This document shows positions 32,304-42,954 of a stretch of DNA of 64,000 bases, one piece after another; the first letter of the stretch is position 1; the number at the start of each line of letters is the position of its first letter. The stretch is from Methanobacteriota archaeon (GTDB taxonomy: Archaea; Methanobacteriota; Methanobacteria; Methanobacteriales; Methanobacteriaceae). A model generated the notes under the pieces. That model worked only from the letters and a program-made list of their open reading frames with translations. It was not told the origin of the DNA and did not search any database. Location: positions 384,001 to 448,000 of the forward strand of contig CAWBCJ010000029.1 in assembly GCA_963787255.1 (NCBI GenBank), written 5' to 3'. A program made the position numbers and the translations under genes.

Positions 32304-32459
32304 ATGCAGAATAAATGGAAATTTAGATTTGGAATTATATCAGGTACAATAGGTTTAATTATACTGTTGACCAGCTTATTATTTGGGAGATTCATACCTG
32401 GTGGATTTGCTTTATTAGCGATAGGAATTATCTTAATATCAGAATCAAGGAAAAAATAA
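32304..32459 (+). CDS. small two-TM membrane protein (51 aa)
   Basis: MQNKWKFRFGIISGTIGLIILLTSLLFGRFIPGGFALLAIGIILISESRKK*; more protein-like than the listed antisense ORF 32252..32470. Confidence 0.55.
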   Translation: MQNKWKFRFGIISGTIGLIILLTSLLFGRFIPGGFALLAIGIILISESRKK

Positions 32460-32520
32460 TAATTTTTCATCTTATTAAACTATTCTATCTTATCTAACAT
32501 TTGGAGAGTTAATTTCCTAT

Positions 32521-33114
32521 TCAACTCGTGTTTTTAATCTCATTTTCGATTAAGGAGTGTCTGAAACAATCCACAACATGGTCATTAACCATACCTACAG
32601 CCTGCATGAACGCATAACAAATAGTAGGCCCCACAAACTTGAAACCTCTCTTTTTCAAATCCTTGCTCATCATTTCCGATTCTGCTGTAATTGAAGGCAC
32701 ATCTTCCATGCTTTTCCATTTATTTTGAACTGGCTTGCTGTCTACAAATTCCCAGATGTAAGAATCAAACGAACTAAACTCCTTTTGAATCTCTAAAACA
32801 GCCTGCGCATTAGCTACTGTTGCTAAAATCTTACGGCGGTTCCTAATAATGCCTTCGTTATTAACCAGCTCTTCAATTTTCTTTTGGCCATAATTTGCTA
32901 TTTTAACTGGATCGAAATTATCAAAGGCTTCACGATAATTTCCACGTTTTCTAAGCACTGTAATCCAGCTTAAACCTGCCTGAGCGCTTTCCAATATCAA
33001 AAACTCAAAAAGAAGCCTATCATCGTGAACAGGAACTCCCCATTCCATATCGTGATATTCCATCATCATCGGGTCTTCCATAGCCCATGGGCAGCGTATT
33101 TTCATAATATCCAC
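32521..33114 (-). CDS. tag: DNA-3-methyladenine glycosylase I
   Basis: RCPWA, YHDMEWGVP, QAGLSW, IIRNRRKI, GFKFVGPTI, NDHVVDC. Confidence 0.95.
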   Translation of the reverse strand: MDIMKIRCPWAMEDPMMMEYHDMEWGVPVHDDRLLFEFLILESAQAGLSWITVLRKRGNYREAFDNFDPVKIANYGQKKIEELVNNEGIIRNRRKILATVANAQAVLEIQKEFSSFDSYIWEFVDSKPVQNKWKSMEDVPSITAESEMMSKDLKKRGFKFVGPTICYAFMQAVGMVNDHVVDCFRHSLIENEIKNTS

Positions 33115-33144
33115 CTAATCATTATTCTCACAGGATTAAACACT

Positions 33145-33831
33145 TTAAACCATTCCCAGCCTACCGATCCCATTATATATTACGTATAAACCTATACCAA
33201 CACAGAAAAGACCAGTTACAATATTACCATGGCTGCTTATCCATTCATTCACAGGTTTAGTAGCTTTTTTAGCCTTTACAGGTAATATAATAAAAAATAA
33301 CAATGGAACTTCAATTAAAAGAAGAGCTATGATTGTTAGAGTTAGAATAGCTCCTGCATCAGGTATTAAACCAGCATTTGTAACTCCTATTGCCCTTCCA
33401 GCAGCTAAAACAAATATAGCTGTACTGAAATTGGTCAAAAATGCAATAAAACCAATACTGAAGAAACGCTTGAAAATTGAAAATGCACTGTCTTTCTTGT
33501 CAATGGTAAGGCTTTTAAAAAGACTGCTCTCTTTTTTGCTTGTGAAGTTGCGGAAGCCTAGTAGAATCAACACAGCACCTAGAAACATGTCAATGGCCAC
33601 TATAGTTGTTGGATGTCCGACTCCTCCTGTAAGCTTGTGGCCGAGGAATATACCTATAAAAACTGTTACCAGAAGAACCACAATGGCTCCCAAATAGAAT
33701 GACAATCCGGATAGCCGAGGATTGTCTGATAAAGACATTATAACCAGAAAAACTGATAAAATTACCGGACTAACTGCTGCAGCCGCTGAAAGCGGTAATA
33801 TTGTTATAATGAGACTTGATACATCTGTCAT
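33145..33831 (-). CDS. GAP (Gap/Sap) membrane protein, paralog of 30549..31238
   Basis: LPLSAAAAVSP, PRLSGLSFYLG, IEVPLLFF..P..A, W.SSHG. Confidence 0.75.
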   Translation of the reverse strand: MTDVSSLIITILPLSAAAAVSPVILSVFLVIMSLSDNPRLSGLSFYLGAIVVLLVTVFIGIFLGHKLTGGVGHPTTIVAIDMFLGAVLILLGFRNFTSKKESSLFKSLTIDKKDSAFSIFKRFFSIGFIAFLTNFSTAIFVLAAGRAIGVTNAGLIPDAGAILTLTIIALLLIEVPLLFFIILPVKAKKATKPVNEWISSHGNIVTGLFCVGIGLYVIYNGIGRLGMV

Positions 33832-34228
33832 TATTTAACCCTTAATTTATTATGTATTAAGTTATAATTCTGGGTTTAAAATGGTTTGTTTTCAAAACAA
33901 AAAAAATTAATTTATAAATTATGAATAAAATAACACATTTTTACTAGATTAAAGAATTAGCCCATATTTAATCTTTTTTATTTTCTAAAATATAGATAAT
34001 AAAGATTGGATAGAAATAAGCTAAATACTAATTTAAAGGAGAAACAAATGCGCGTTCCACATAGAAATAAATTTAAAATAGACAATATTAGGCGCGTAAT
34101 TAAAATGTATTAAATCAATCAGACGAAGGCCTAGCCCTATTATTGTAATTGGAGTAAATACAAAAATTAGAGTAAAATAAAATGAGTCGATATTTTTGCT
34201 ATCACTATATAGAGCTACTTATCAGATT

Positions 34229-34741
34229 TCATGATTTCAGGTAAAAATCAAGCTTTTTACTAATATGGCTATAAATTTCCTTTGTTATCCCAACATTCCT
34301 AACAAAATCGTTAGAATATTTTATATCTCCTCTTCGGGGGTTATCTTGCCTCATCACGTACATACAGATGGCTGTTATTATCATCAGGGGCTCGGTTTTT
34401 CTACCTTTTCCTCCACGGTAGAGCTTCCTGAAATCAACTTTGGATATTATTTCTCTAGCCCGGTCTTTTTGGCCCCCACCAACAGGTAAAAGAACTTCAT
34501 CCCCTTCTTCTCGTTTCGTTAAAACCAGTGTGGGGCTGTGGCCCGTCATCATGAAGTTACTTGCCACTATGCTCAGCTGAGCCAGTTTTTCATTTAAACG
34601 AAAGTCTTCTTCGGCAGTTTTTTGATCATAAGGCTTATATTTATCATATTTTTTTATTTTATTCTCCATTCTCTCGATTTTTGCCTTATCATCAAGAAAA
34701 ACATATTTTCGTTTTTTCAATTCTAGCTGCATGATACTCAC
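34229..34741 (-). CDS. hypothetical protein with a single TFB/cyclin-like helical repeat
   Basis: [37 protein letters not shown]...YSHI; starts 4 nt after the hisF stop. Confidence 0.55.
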   Translation of the reverse strand: MSIMQLELKKRKYVFLDDKAKIERMENKIKKYDKYKPYDQKTAEEDFRLNEKLAQLSIVASNFMMTGHSPTLVLTKREEGDEVLLPVGGGQKDRAREIISKVDFRKLYRGGKGRKTEPLMIITAICMYVMRQDNPRRGDIKYSNDFVRNVGITKEIYSHISKKLDFYLKS

Positions 34742-34745
34742 TTTT

Positions 34746-35570
34746 TCAATATCTTACGGGAATTCCTTTCTCCTTCAAATATTCTTTAACAGTGCCTACA
34801 GGATACTCTTTATAATGGAAAATACTTGCTGCAAGAGCTGCATCAGCTTTCCCAACTACAAATGCATCATATATATGTTCTGGAGTTCCGCACCCGCCTG
34901 ATGCAATTACCGGGATATTCACGGCTTTACTTATAGTTCTGTTAAGATAATTATCATAACCATCTTTGGTTCCGTCGCGGTCCATTGATGTAAGCAAGAT
35001 TTCGCCTGCACCGCGCTCTTCGCATTCTATGGCCCATGAAATGGCATCAATTCCAGTGAATTCACGTCCACCGTAGATGCTGCAGTCAAACCAGCAGTAA
35101 CCTTTATCAGTTTCGATTATAATTTTGTCATCACTTTCTTTGGGGTTTTCAACGTATCTGCGCTTTGCATCAATTCCAATGACGCATGCTTGGGAACCTA
35201 CAACTTTTGAAGCTTCATTTATAAGGTCAGGGTTGTGTATTGCCGCTGTATTTGTGGAACATTTATCAGCACCAGCCTTTAACATGTTTACATAATCTTC
35301 AGGTTTTCTTATTCCACCGCCAACGCAGATGGGGACAAATACATTTTCTGTTGTGGCTTCAATAACGTCTTTCATTGTTTCCCTGCGTTCATGTGAAGCT
35401 GTGATGTCTAAAAATATGATCTCGTCTGCACCTTCTTCATAGTATCGTGTTGCAAGGTCGACAGGCTCTCCAGCGTATCGAATTTGTTTAAACTCGACTC
35501 CTTTAACGACTCGGCCGTGAGGCACGTTTAAATCACAGTCCAGACATGGTATGATTCTCTTTGCAAGCAT
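34746..35570 (-). CDS. hisF: imidazole glycerol phosphate synthase cyclase subunit
   Basis: [45 protein letters not shown]. Confidence 0.97.
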   Translation of the reverse strand: MLAKRIIPCLDCDLNVPHGRVVKGVEFKQIRYAGEPVDLATRYYEEGADEIIFLDITASHERRETMKDVIEATTENVFVPICVGGGIRKPEDYVNMLKAGADKCSTNTAAIHNPDLINEASKVVGSQACVIGIDAKRRYVENPKESDDKIIIETDKGYCWFDCSIYGGREFTGIDAISWAIECEERGAGEILLTSMDRDGTKDGYDNYLNRTISKAVNIPVIASGGCGTPEHIYDAFVVGKADAALAASIFHYKEYPVGTVKEYLKEKGIPVRY

Positions 35571-35764
35571 TTAAATTCTCCTTACTTTTAATATATATTA
35601 ATATACGTTTAAAACTTTAAAAAAATTATTTGTAAGCATTTGATTCCATTTCGATTTTCTGATTTTAACAGAATATGTTTTTTATAATATCATGTTATCC
35701 AACTATATAATAAATAGTGTTAGCTTAACAAACTGAAAATAAAAAATTATAGGAATTAAAAAAA

Positions 35765-35911
35765 ATGGATGTTAATGATATATTCAAGGATGTTTTTAAA
35801 CTTCCAGTATCTAATTGGAAGTATTTAATTATATTTGGACTAATTACCTTATCTTACGCCCTTTTTTTAGGTTTAATACCTATAATTGGACTTATTATCA
35901 TGGGTTTTTAA
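35765..35911 (+). pseudogene. truncated DUF4013-like membrane protein (N-terminus only)
   Basis: MDVNDIFKDVFKLPVSNWKYLIIFGLI...IPIIGLIIMGF* resembles DUF4013 N-termini; stops after 48 aa. Confidence 0.5.
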
Positions 35912-36122
35912 TTGAACCATAATTTGCGTTAATTAGGACTATGTATATTGGTTTGATTTACAAAGAAGTGCTTTAATATCTATTTCTTTTTATTTGATTT
36001 TTTTAAAGTTGTCATTAGATTTTTTAATTAATAAAGATATATAAGCTATTAAAAACAAGTTTTTGATCACCTTTAAGAAATGGATTTAATTTTAACTAAA
36101 AGTTTTCTTAAGGTTTCATTTA

Positions 36123-36197
<75 letters not shown>

Positions 36198-36332
36198 CTT
36201 ATCCATCATACTTTTTCTTATTTTATAATATAAATTATATAATATCTTTTAATTGAATTTTTATACTTTATTGAATCCTTAAATGCATAAAATCATTTAA
36301 TTTATTAATATTAATAAACATAGTAATACAAT

Positions 36333-37496
36333 ATGGTGGAAAAAAGCAATAAAGAAAAAACAATTGCTGCAAGCGTAGAACCTTTCCAAATCAAAATCCC
36401 CCAAAAAACTCTAGATGATTTAAAAAACCGCTTAGCAAGAACACGCTGGACCGATGAAGTCGAAGGTGCGGACTGGAATTATGGCACGAATTTAGATTAT
36501 ATGAAAGAGCTAACAGATTACTGGCAGCATCAATATGATTGGCGTAAGCATGAAGCTGAGCTTAATAAATTTAAACAATTTAAGATTGAAATCGACGGTG
36601 TTAACATTCATTTTATTTACGAACGAGGCAAAGGAACTAATCCAACACCAATTATCCTGACCCATGGCTGGCCAGACTCATTTTACCGTTTTCACAAGAT
36701 CATTCCAATGCTTACAGACCCTGAAAATCACGGTGCAAATCCAGATGATTCATTTGATGTTATTATACCTTCTATTCCCGGATTTGGTTTTTCAGACCAC
36801 AAGGCCATGTCAGAAGAGGCCGTTGCAGATCTCTGGATAAAACTCATGAAAGATATACTCGGATACAAGCAGTTTACAGCAGCAGGTGGAGATATTGGAA
36901 GCATTGTCACCAAATATCTGGCCTTTAAGTACCCTGAAGCTGTAACGGCTATTCATCTAACCGATGTCGGCTATCCAACTGGACAGGAAGACTTTTCTAC
37001 GATGTCTAAAGCTGAACAACAATTCGCAGGCTTTATCCAGCAATGGTGGTTCGAAGAAGGTGCCTATAATATGATACAGTCAACCAAGCCGCAATCACTC
37101 GCATATGGATTGAACGACTCACCTGTCGGATGGGCAGCATGGGTTATGAGCTTCATTTGCATCGGAACGACTGGAAAAGAGATAGAGAAGCGCTTTAGCA
37201 GGGATGAGTTACTCACCAATATCATGATTTACTGGGTAACTGAAACAATTGGTTCATCGGTTCGCAGCTACTATGAAAGCACTCATGCAGAACCACCAAT
37301 GAAACCAGATGATCGGGTTGAAGTTCCAACTGCCGTTTTACATCCTGTTTTAGATGCTCCACTACCTCGTGAATGGGCAGAGCGTAATGTGAATCTGAAA
37401 CACTATACAGAATTGCCCGGTGGCCACTTCGCTGCATGGGAAGAGCCTGAAGCATTTGCAAATGACATTCGGATATTTTTCAATTCTTTAAAATAA
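36333..37496 (+). CDS. microsomal-type epoxide hydrolase (EHN + alpha/beta hydrolase)
   Basis: WNYG..YW...YDWR, HGWP, PSIPGFGFS, GGDIG, GGHFAAWEEP. Confidence 0.92.
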   Translation: MVEKSNKEKTIAASVEPFQIKIPQKTLDDLKNRLARTRWTDEVEGADWNYGTNLDYMKELTDYWQHQYDWRKHEAELNKFKQFKIEIDGVNIHFIYERGKGTNPTPIILTHGWPDSFYRFHKIIPMLTDPENHGANPDDSFDVIIPSIPGFGFSDHKAMSEEAVADLWIKLMKDILGYKQFTAAGGDIGSIVTKYLAFKYPEAVTAIHLTDVGYPTGQEDFSTMSKAEQQFAGFIQQWWFEEGAYNMIQSTKPQSLAYGLNDSPVGWAAWVMSFICIGTTGKEIEKRFSRDELLTNIMIYWVTETIGSSVRSYYESTHAEPPMKPDDRVEVPTAVLHPVLDAPLPREWAERNVNLKHYTELPGGHFAAWEEPEAFANDIRIFFNSLK

Positions 37497-37578
37497 TAGT
37501 ACGACATTTAAAGTCATTACAAGTAGGGACATGGCAATTTTTAAAGAATTTTATCTTGTAATTTGGGGAGAGAAAATA

Positions 37579-38346
37579 ATGAAAGAAAGCAATAAAGAAA
37601 AAGCAATCGCTGTTTTAGAAAGCCTTGGGAAAGAGGATAAAAAAGCCATCAAAGAATGGGTTAGCCCTGAAAAATATATTCAGCATAATCTTAATTTTCC
37701 AGATGGTAGAAATGCAACTTTAGATGCTTTAGACCAAATGAAAGAAGCAGAAATAAAGATAAATATTAAAAGAGCAATATCAGACGGTGATTTTGTTGTA
37801 TTACATAGTGATTTAAACTTTTTCGGGCCAAAGGTGGCTTTTGACATTTTCAGGTTTGAAAACGGAAAGATAGTAGAACATTGGGATAACATACAGAAGA
37901 AAGTAGAAAAAACTGCAAGCGGCCATAGCATGACAGATGGACCCACTGAAATAACAGATAGGGACAAAACTGAATTAAACAAGGCACAGCTTAAAGAATT
38001 GGTTGGAGATGTGTTTATAGGCGGCGATAATGATAAAATGTCCAGCTTCTTCGATGATGATAAATACATTCAACATAATCCCCGTTTTGCTGATGGACTT
38101 TCTGGACTGCTTAAGGGGCTGGAAGAACTTGCTAAACAGGGTATTCCAATGGAATTTACTAAAAACCACATGATCCTAGGCGAAGGGAATTTTGTATTGT
38201 CAGTAAGCGAAGGAAAATGGAGCGGTGAATACGTTTCTTTTTACGATCTGTTTAAAGTGGAAAATGGTAAGTTTGTCGAGCACTGGGATGTTATTGAGCC
38301 AATTCCACCTCAAGAAGAATGGAAAAATCAAAATGGTAAATTTTAG
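37579..38346 (+). CDS. tandem SnoaL/NTF2-like protein
   Basis: Two repeats of YIQHN..DG..G.FV..D.F..ENGK.VEHWD; start after GGGGAG RBS at 37579. Confidence 0.85.
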   Translation: MKESNKEKAIAVLESLGKEDKKAIKEWVSPEKYIQHNLNFPDGRNATLDALDQMKEAEIKINIKRAISDGDFVVLHSDLNFFGPKVAFDIFRFENGKIVEHWDNIQKKVEKTASGHSMTDGPTEITDRDKTELNKAQLKELVGDVFIGGDNDKMSSFFDDDKYIQHNPRFADGLSGLLKGLEELAKQGIPMEFTKNHMILGEGNFVLSVSEGKWSGEYVSFYDLFKVENGKFVEHWDVIEPIPPQEEWKNQNGKF

Positions 38347-38442
38347 AATTTCAAGCTTCTAAAGGTTAATCAATGGTAAAGTAATAATTTGGAAACTATA
38401 TTATTATTAAATGCAAGTTTATACAACAATAGGGGGTTTATA

Positions 38443-38796
38443 ATGTCTAAAATGAAAAAAAATCAATCAACAGAAACTATTAGGCCACAAGATGCATTTA
38501 AAATGATTGAAGAACATAAAGATGACTCTAATCTAGTTATCCTTGACGTCAGGCCTCAAAATGAATTTGAATTGGAACACGTTCCCGGTGCCATTAATTT
38601 GGATTATGAGGGACATGAATTCAAAAAGAAGGTTGAAAATATAGATAAAGAAAAGAATTACGTCATATATTGTAGAAGTGGGGTAAGAGGTGAATATTTT
38701 ATGGGCATAATGAAAGAACTAGGTTTCCCTCATGTTTATAACATTTTAGGCGGTTTTACAGGTTGGAAAGTTAGTAAACTACCTCTTACAAAATAA
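38443..38796 (+). CDS. rhodanese-like domain protein
   Basis: ILDVRP..EF..HVPGA, YCRSG.R, GGFTGW. Confidence 0.9.
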   Translation: MSKMKKNQSTETIRPQDAFKMIEEHKDDSNLVILDVRPQNEFELEHVPGAINLDYEGHEFKKKVENIDKEKNYVIYCRSGVRGEYFMGIMKELGFPHVYNILGGFTGWKVSKLPLTK

Positions 38797-38838
38797 GTTT
38801 TTATTTCAAGAAGCGAAATTTAATTACATGGCAAATAA

Positions 38839-39406
38839 ATGGATCAATTTGAACGTTATCAAGCTAAAGATCGCAAAGAGTGGCGAAAATGGCTTCAAAA
38901 GAACCATTTAACTTCTCCAGGTATCTGGCTCATTTACTATAAAAAAGATAGTGGAAAGTCCACCATTTCATACGAAGAAGCTGTAGAAGAAGCTTTAAGC
39001 TTCGGATGGATTGACAGCAAGGTAAATGCCATTGATAAGGAGCGTTACATGCAGATCTTCACCCCAAGAAAGATGGGGAGCATCTGGTCAAAATCAAACA
39101 AGCAGCGCGCTAAAAAAATTATAGAACAGGGATTAATGACGCCTGCAGGTCTTGAAAAAATTGAAGCAGCTAAAAAGGATGGATCATGGAATTTTCTTGA
39201 TGATATTGAAAATTTAGTCATTCCTCTGGATTTAAAAGAAGCTTTAGCTTCTAATGTGACTGCTGAAAATAATTTTGATGCATTCAGTGATTCAATTAAA
39301 AAACAGATTCTTTACTGGATTAAAAGCGCTAAACTTAAGGTTACAAGAAAAAATAGAATTGAAAAAATAGTAGATGCTTGCTGCAGAAAATAAAAAGCCA
39401 TTTTAA
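38839..39406 (+). CDS. YdeI/OmpD-associated family protein (probable 1-nt frameshift near the 3' end)
   Basis: WRKWL..NH, EEALSFGWIDS, FTPRK..S.WS..NK, GLMTPAG; +1 frame continues MLAAENKKPF* to 39406. Confidence 0.85.
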
Positions 39407-39417
39407 TTGGTTAAAGT

Positions 39418-41202
39418 TTAATTTTTAGATTCAATCTTGTCTTCAATTAACCAGTCTTCTTCAATGGCTATGGCTTCTTTAAATCCACGAGGCAAAAGTG
39501 CCTTATAAAGTGGGTTATTAAAGAGCATGTTCACATTCCCATCAAGAATGTAAGTGGCACAGAAATCGTCTTCAGCACGCATTCCACGGCCATAAGCTTG
39601 AATAAGTGTCATGATGGTTTTATAGGCATACCATTTAGGATCAATGTGTTTTCTTTTGTTTATCTGCTTGTCTCCAAGATAAGGGAAGGGTATTTTATAA
39701 ATCACCTGGAATTGACACTTTTCGTAGGGTAAATCTACTCCTTCACTCATTGATGGGCTTACAAGGACCATGGGCTTGTTTGTTTTTTCAAACTGCATTA
39801 GTTTCATTTCCCTGTTTATTGGAGTATGGCCCATGAGGCGTGGATTATTCAAATGATCCATTATGTATTTCTGGCACTTGTAATTGTGGGTGTGAATCAA
39901 TCCTTTTTCTCTTTTGTGATGTTCTATTATTTTTTTAAGGATTGGAATTGTTTTCGGCGCAGTATACTTTATGGAACGTTGGGACATGTTCCCAACAGGC
40001 TTTATATAAACTGGCCTTCTCGATGCTGGAAAGTGGCTTTTTACTTTGATGGAATATGCTTCATTATAATCAATTCCCAGCCATTTACAGAATAAGCGGT
40101 GGTCCAGAATTGTTGCACTCATTAAAAGGCAAGTTTTAGCGTGTTTAAAAAGCATTTCTTTAGCATAGGTATCAATTTTTAATGGTTTAAAAGAAACTCC
40201 GCCGAGGGTTGGATCAACCACCCAGTTCTCTGCATTATCTTCTAAATTAGTTAAAAGCTCACCTAATCTGAAACGAGTGCTTAATATCCTATCTGCCCTG
40301 TTTTTAGGCAGATTTTTGGTGTTTATGTCTTTGTAGGCATTGTAGAGTATTTCAATGAATATTATCCACTCTTCAGGGTCTTCGTAATTTAACATCTGAG
40401 GCGGTATGGTCTTTTTAATGTCGTTTTCCAGCCGTTGGTTAAGCAGATTTACTTCCATCCGGTTCATCAGCTTATTTTCGATGTTATGCGCCTCATCAAG
40501 CACCATGAAGTTCCTTTTTGCAAAATGCCTCACATAGTTAAGCTCTAAAAGTGCGTAGTCGTAATTCATAAGGGTTATATCGCTGTTTACTGCGTCTGAT
40601 TTCTGTTCCCAGTAATTACATTTATCTGGAGATTTGAAAAAGTAGGGTAACCCTCCTCCATCTTCAAAAGCAAAAAAAGTCTGATCTGCCTCTTTTTTGG
40701 TTACTCCAAATTCACAGGAGAATTTCTGGGACTGTGTAGTTGTTTGACAAACTCCAGTATCACAGCTGGCCTCTAAATCTGCAGATTTGCACGAAAAATT
40801 ACCTCTGCCTTTGACCAGGGGATATGAGAATTCATTTGCGTATTGTGACTGCAGCTGTTTGGTCATGGTCAGAATGTAGGCAGGCTCGTAAATTTTGGAG
40901 AGTGTTGTTGCTATTGCTGATTTACCTGTACCTGTACCTGCTTCCAGGACTATGTATTTGAAACCATCGTCTATTGCATCCTTAATTTTTGATATTATTT
41001 CCAGCTGCCCTTCTCGGGGTTTTTCAAAGGGAAAATTTTCAAGTATAGAACCATCAATGCGTGGATTTTCCTTTTTAAGCTTCTGTTTATAATCTGTGGA
41101 AATCCCTGCTGCTTTGTTGTTCTTTGCCTTGTTTGAAGAGCATATGCATCTTTGTTTTATCATGTTACATTCGTTGCAAAAAAAGCCGTTATCCATAATC
41201 AT
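39418..41202 (-). CDS. DinG/XPD-family SF2 DNA helicase
   Basis: Q motif [34 protein letters not shown]; Cys cluster after KGRGNF. Confidence 0.9.
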   Translation of the reverse strand: MIMDNGFFCNECNMIKQRCICSSNKAKNNKAAGISTDYKQKLKKENPRIDGSILENFPFEKPREGQLEIISKIKDAIDDGFKYIVLEAGTGTGKSAIATTLSKIYEPAYILTMTKQLQSQYANEFSYPLVKGRGNFSCKSADLEASCDTGVCQTTTQSQKFSCEFGVTKKEADQTFFAFEDGGGLPYFFKSPDKCNYWEQKSDAVNSDITLMNYDYALLELNYVRHFAKRNFMVLDEAHNIENKLMNRMEVNLLNQRLENDIKKTIPPQMLNYEDPEEWIIFIEILYNAYKDINTKNLPKNRADRILSTRFRLGELLTNLEDNAENWVVDPTLGGVSFKPLKIDTYAKEMLFKHAKTCLLMSATILDHRLFCKWLGIDYNEAYSIKVKSHFPASRRPVYIKPVGNMSQRSIKYTAPKTIPILKKIIEHHKREKGLIHTHNYKCQKYIMDHLNNPRLMGHTPINREMKLMQFEKTNKPMVLVSPSMSEGVDLPYEKCQFQVIYKIPFPYLGDKQINKRKHIDPKWYAYKTIMTLIQAYGRGMRAEDDFCATYILDGNVNMLFNNPLYKALLPRGFKEAIAIEEDWLIEDKIESKN

Positions 41203-41327
41203 TTATATTTTGATAATGCTATAAATAGATAAACATTGAAAATAATTTATTTGATTAGGTTGTTATTACTAAATCACTAAGATATAAAAGCTTATAATTC
41301 TAATTTAAGATTATTGAGGTCATATTT

Positions 41328-42035
41328 ATGAAAAAAGGCAAATTTATAGGCATTGGTGTTGGGCCGGGAGAACCCGATCTTTTAACAGTAAAAGCTGTTA
41401 AGGCATTAAATAATGTTGATGTAATATGCGCACCAAAATCAAAGGAATCAAAGCCTAGTTTGGCATTATCAATTGTACAAAGCATACTGGACGATCGAAA
41501 AAGTGATTATGAAATATTAGAACCGCTTTTTCCAATGATAGAGGATAAAATAGCGCTTCAACAATATTGGGATGATGCAGCAAGGCTCATAGCGGAAAAA
41601 TTAGACACTGGAATGGATGTCGCGTTTATAACTTTGGGAGACCCCACAGTTTATAGTACTTTTGCTTATGTTTTCAAGCGGATTAAAGTATTGGATTATG
41701 AAACATTGATAATTCCGGGAATAACGTCTTTTACAGGCTGTGCTGCAAGTGCTAAGATTCCTTTAGCAGAAAAAGACGAAATTATTGTGATTGTTCCAAA
41801 AGTAGATGATAGATTATCCCAGATTTTAGAACATGGAGACACTTTTGTTATAATGAAGACTTCCAGGCATTCTAATTTACTTGAAGAAATTATTAATAAT
41901 GATAAGAGGGATACGGAAGTAATATCAGTACAAAACTGTAGCATGAAGGATGAAAAGGTATTTAACGGATTTTCAAATAATAAAAAGTATCTCTCTACTA
42001 CTATTGTTAAATTCAAAGATAAGAAATCAAAATGA
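41328..42035 (+). CDS. cbiL: cobalt-precorrin-2 C20-methyltransferase
   Basis: GIGVGPGEPDLLTVKA, ITLGDPTVYSTF, IPGITSF, VIMK, YLST. Confidence 0.93.
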   Translation: MKKGKFIGIGVGPGEPDLLTVKAVKALNNVDVICAPKSKESKPSLALSIVQSILDDRKSDYEILEPLFPMIEDKIALQQYWDDAARLIAEKLDTGMDVAFITLGDPTVYSTFAYVFKRIKVLDYETLIIPGITSFTGCAASAKIPLAEKDEIIVIVPKVDDRLSQILEHGDTFVIMKTSRHSNLLEEIINNDKRDTEVISVQNCSMKDEKVFNGFSNNKKYLSTTIVKFKDKKSK

Positions 42036-42159
42036 CATTTAAATAAGTTATTAAGTTTATCATAACCTTAAAATTATTATTTTTTAGTTTTCTTCCATAT
42101 GATTTGTTTTAAAAATTAATTTTTGATTTTGATGCGTAATTTTATATATTTTATGGATT

Positions 42160-42925
42160 ATGATATATTTAGGGCCTGATATGAAATATATAAATTCTAA
42201 AAAGAAATTAATCGGAATAATAGTTTTAGCAGTATTGCTAATAGGAATAGCTGGCTTTGTAATTTATGTTTCTGACTATTATCATGCAGATAATACTGCT
42301 TTAGCTGCACTTAATTCAACAAGTTCTTATAATGTAATAAATACTGATGATTATATTACCTTTACTCCCACTGGGAAAAAGAGTACCACAGGAATAATAT
42401 TCTATCCTGGAGGTAAAGTTCAAGCCGAATCTTATTCAGTTATTGCTTCCAAGCTTGCTGCAAATGGTTATACAACAATTATCGTGAAAATGCCATTTAA
42501 TTTAGCGTTTTTCGGCGCTAATAAAGCTGATGACGTAATAGCCAACCATACAGAAATAAATTCATGGGTAATGATGGGCCATTCGCTGGGCGGCGTTTTC
42601 GCATCTGATTATGCTTTAAAACATCAGGATAAAATTGATGGAGTTATATATTTGGCTGCTTATCCTTCAGCAGATGCTTCAAATGCCACATTTAAAGCTT
42701 TGTCCATCAGAGGCTCTCTTGATGCACTTACAACAGCTGAGGATATTGAAGCAAATAAAAACAAATTTCCTAGCTAATACTACTTTTGTTACTATTGAAG
42801 GGGGCAATCATTATAACAATGGTAATTATGGTGTGCAGGCTGGAGATAATAACAGCACAATTACAAGAGAAGAGCAGCAGAACCAAACCATCAACGCTAT
42901 ACTGGAATTTCTTAAAAATATCTAA
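42160..42925 (+). CDS. membrane-anchored alpha/beta hydrolase split by a 1-nt frameshift near 42770
   Basis: FYPGGKV, GHSLGG, GSLD in the first ORF; EGGNH (catalytic His) in the overlapping second ORF. Confidence 0.8.
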
Positions 42926-42954
42926 AATTTATTATTTAATTCAGTAGATATCTT

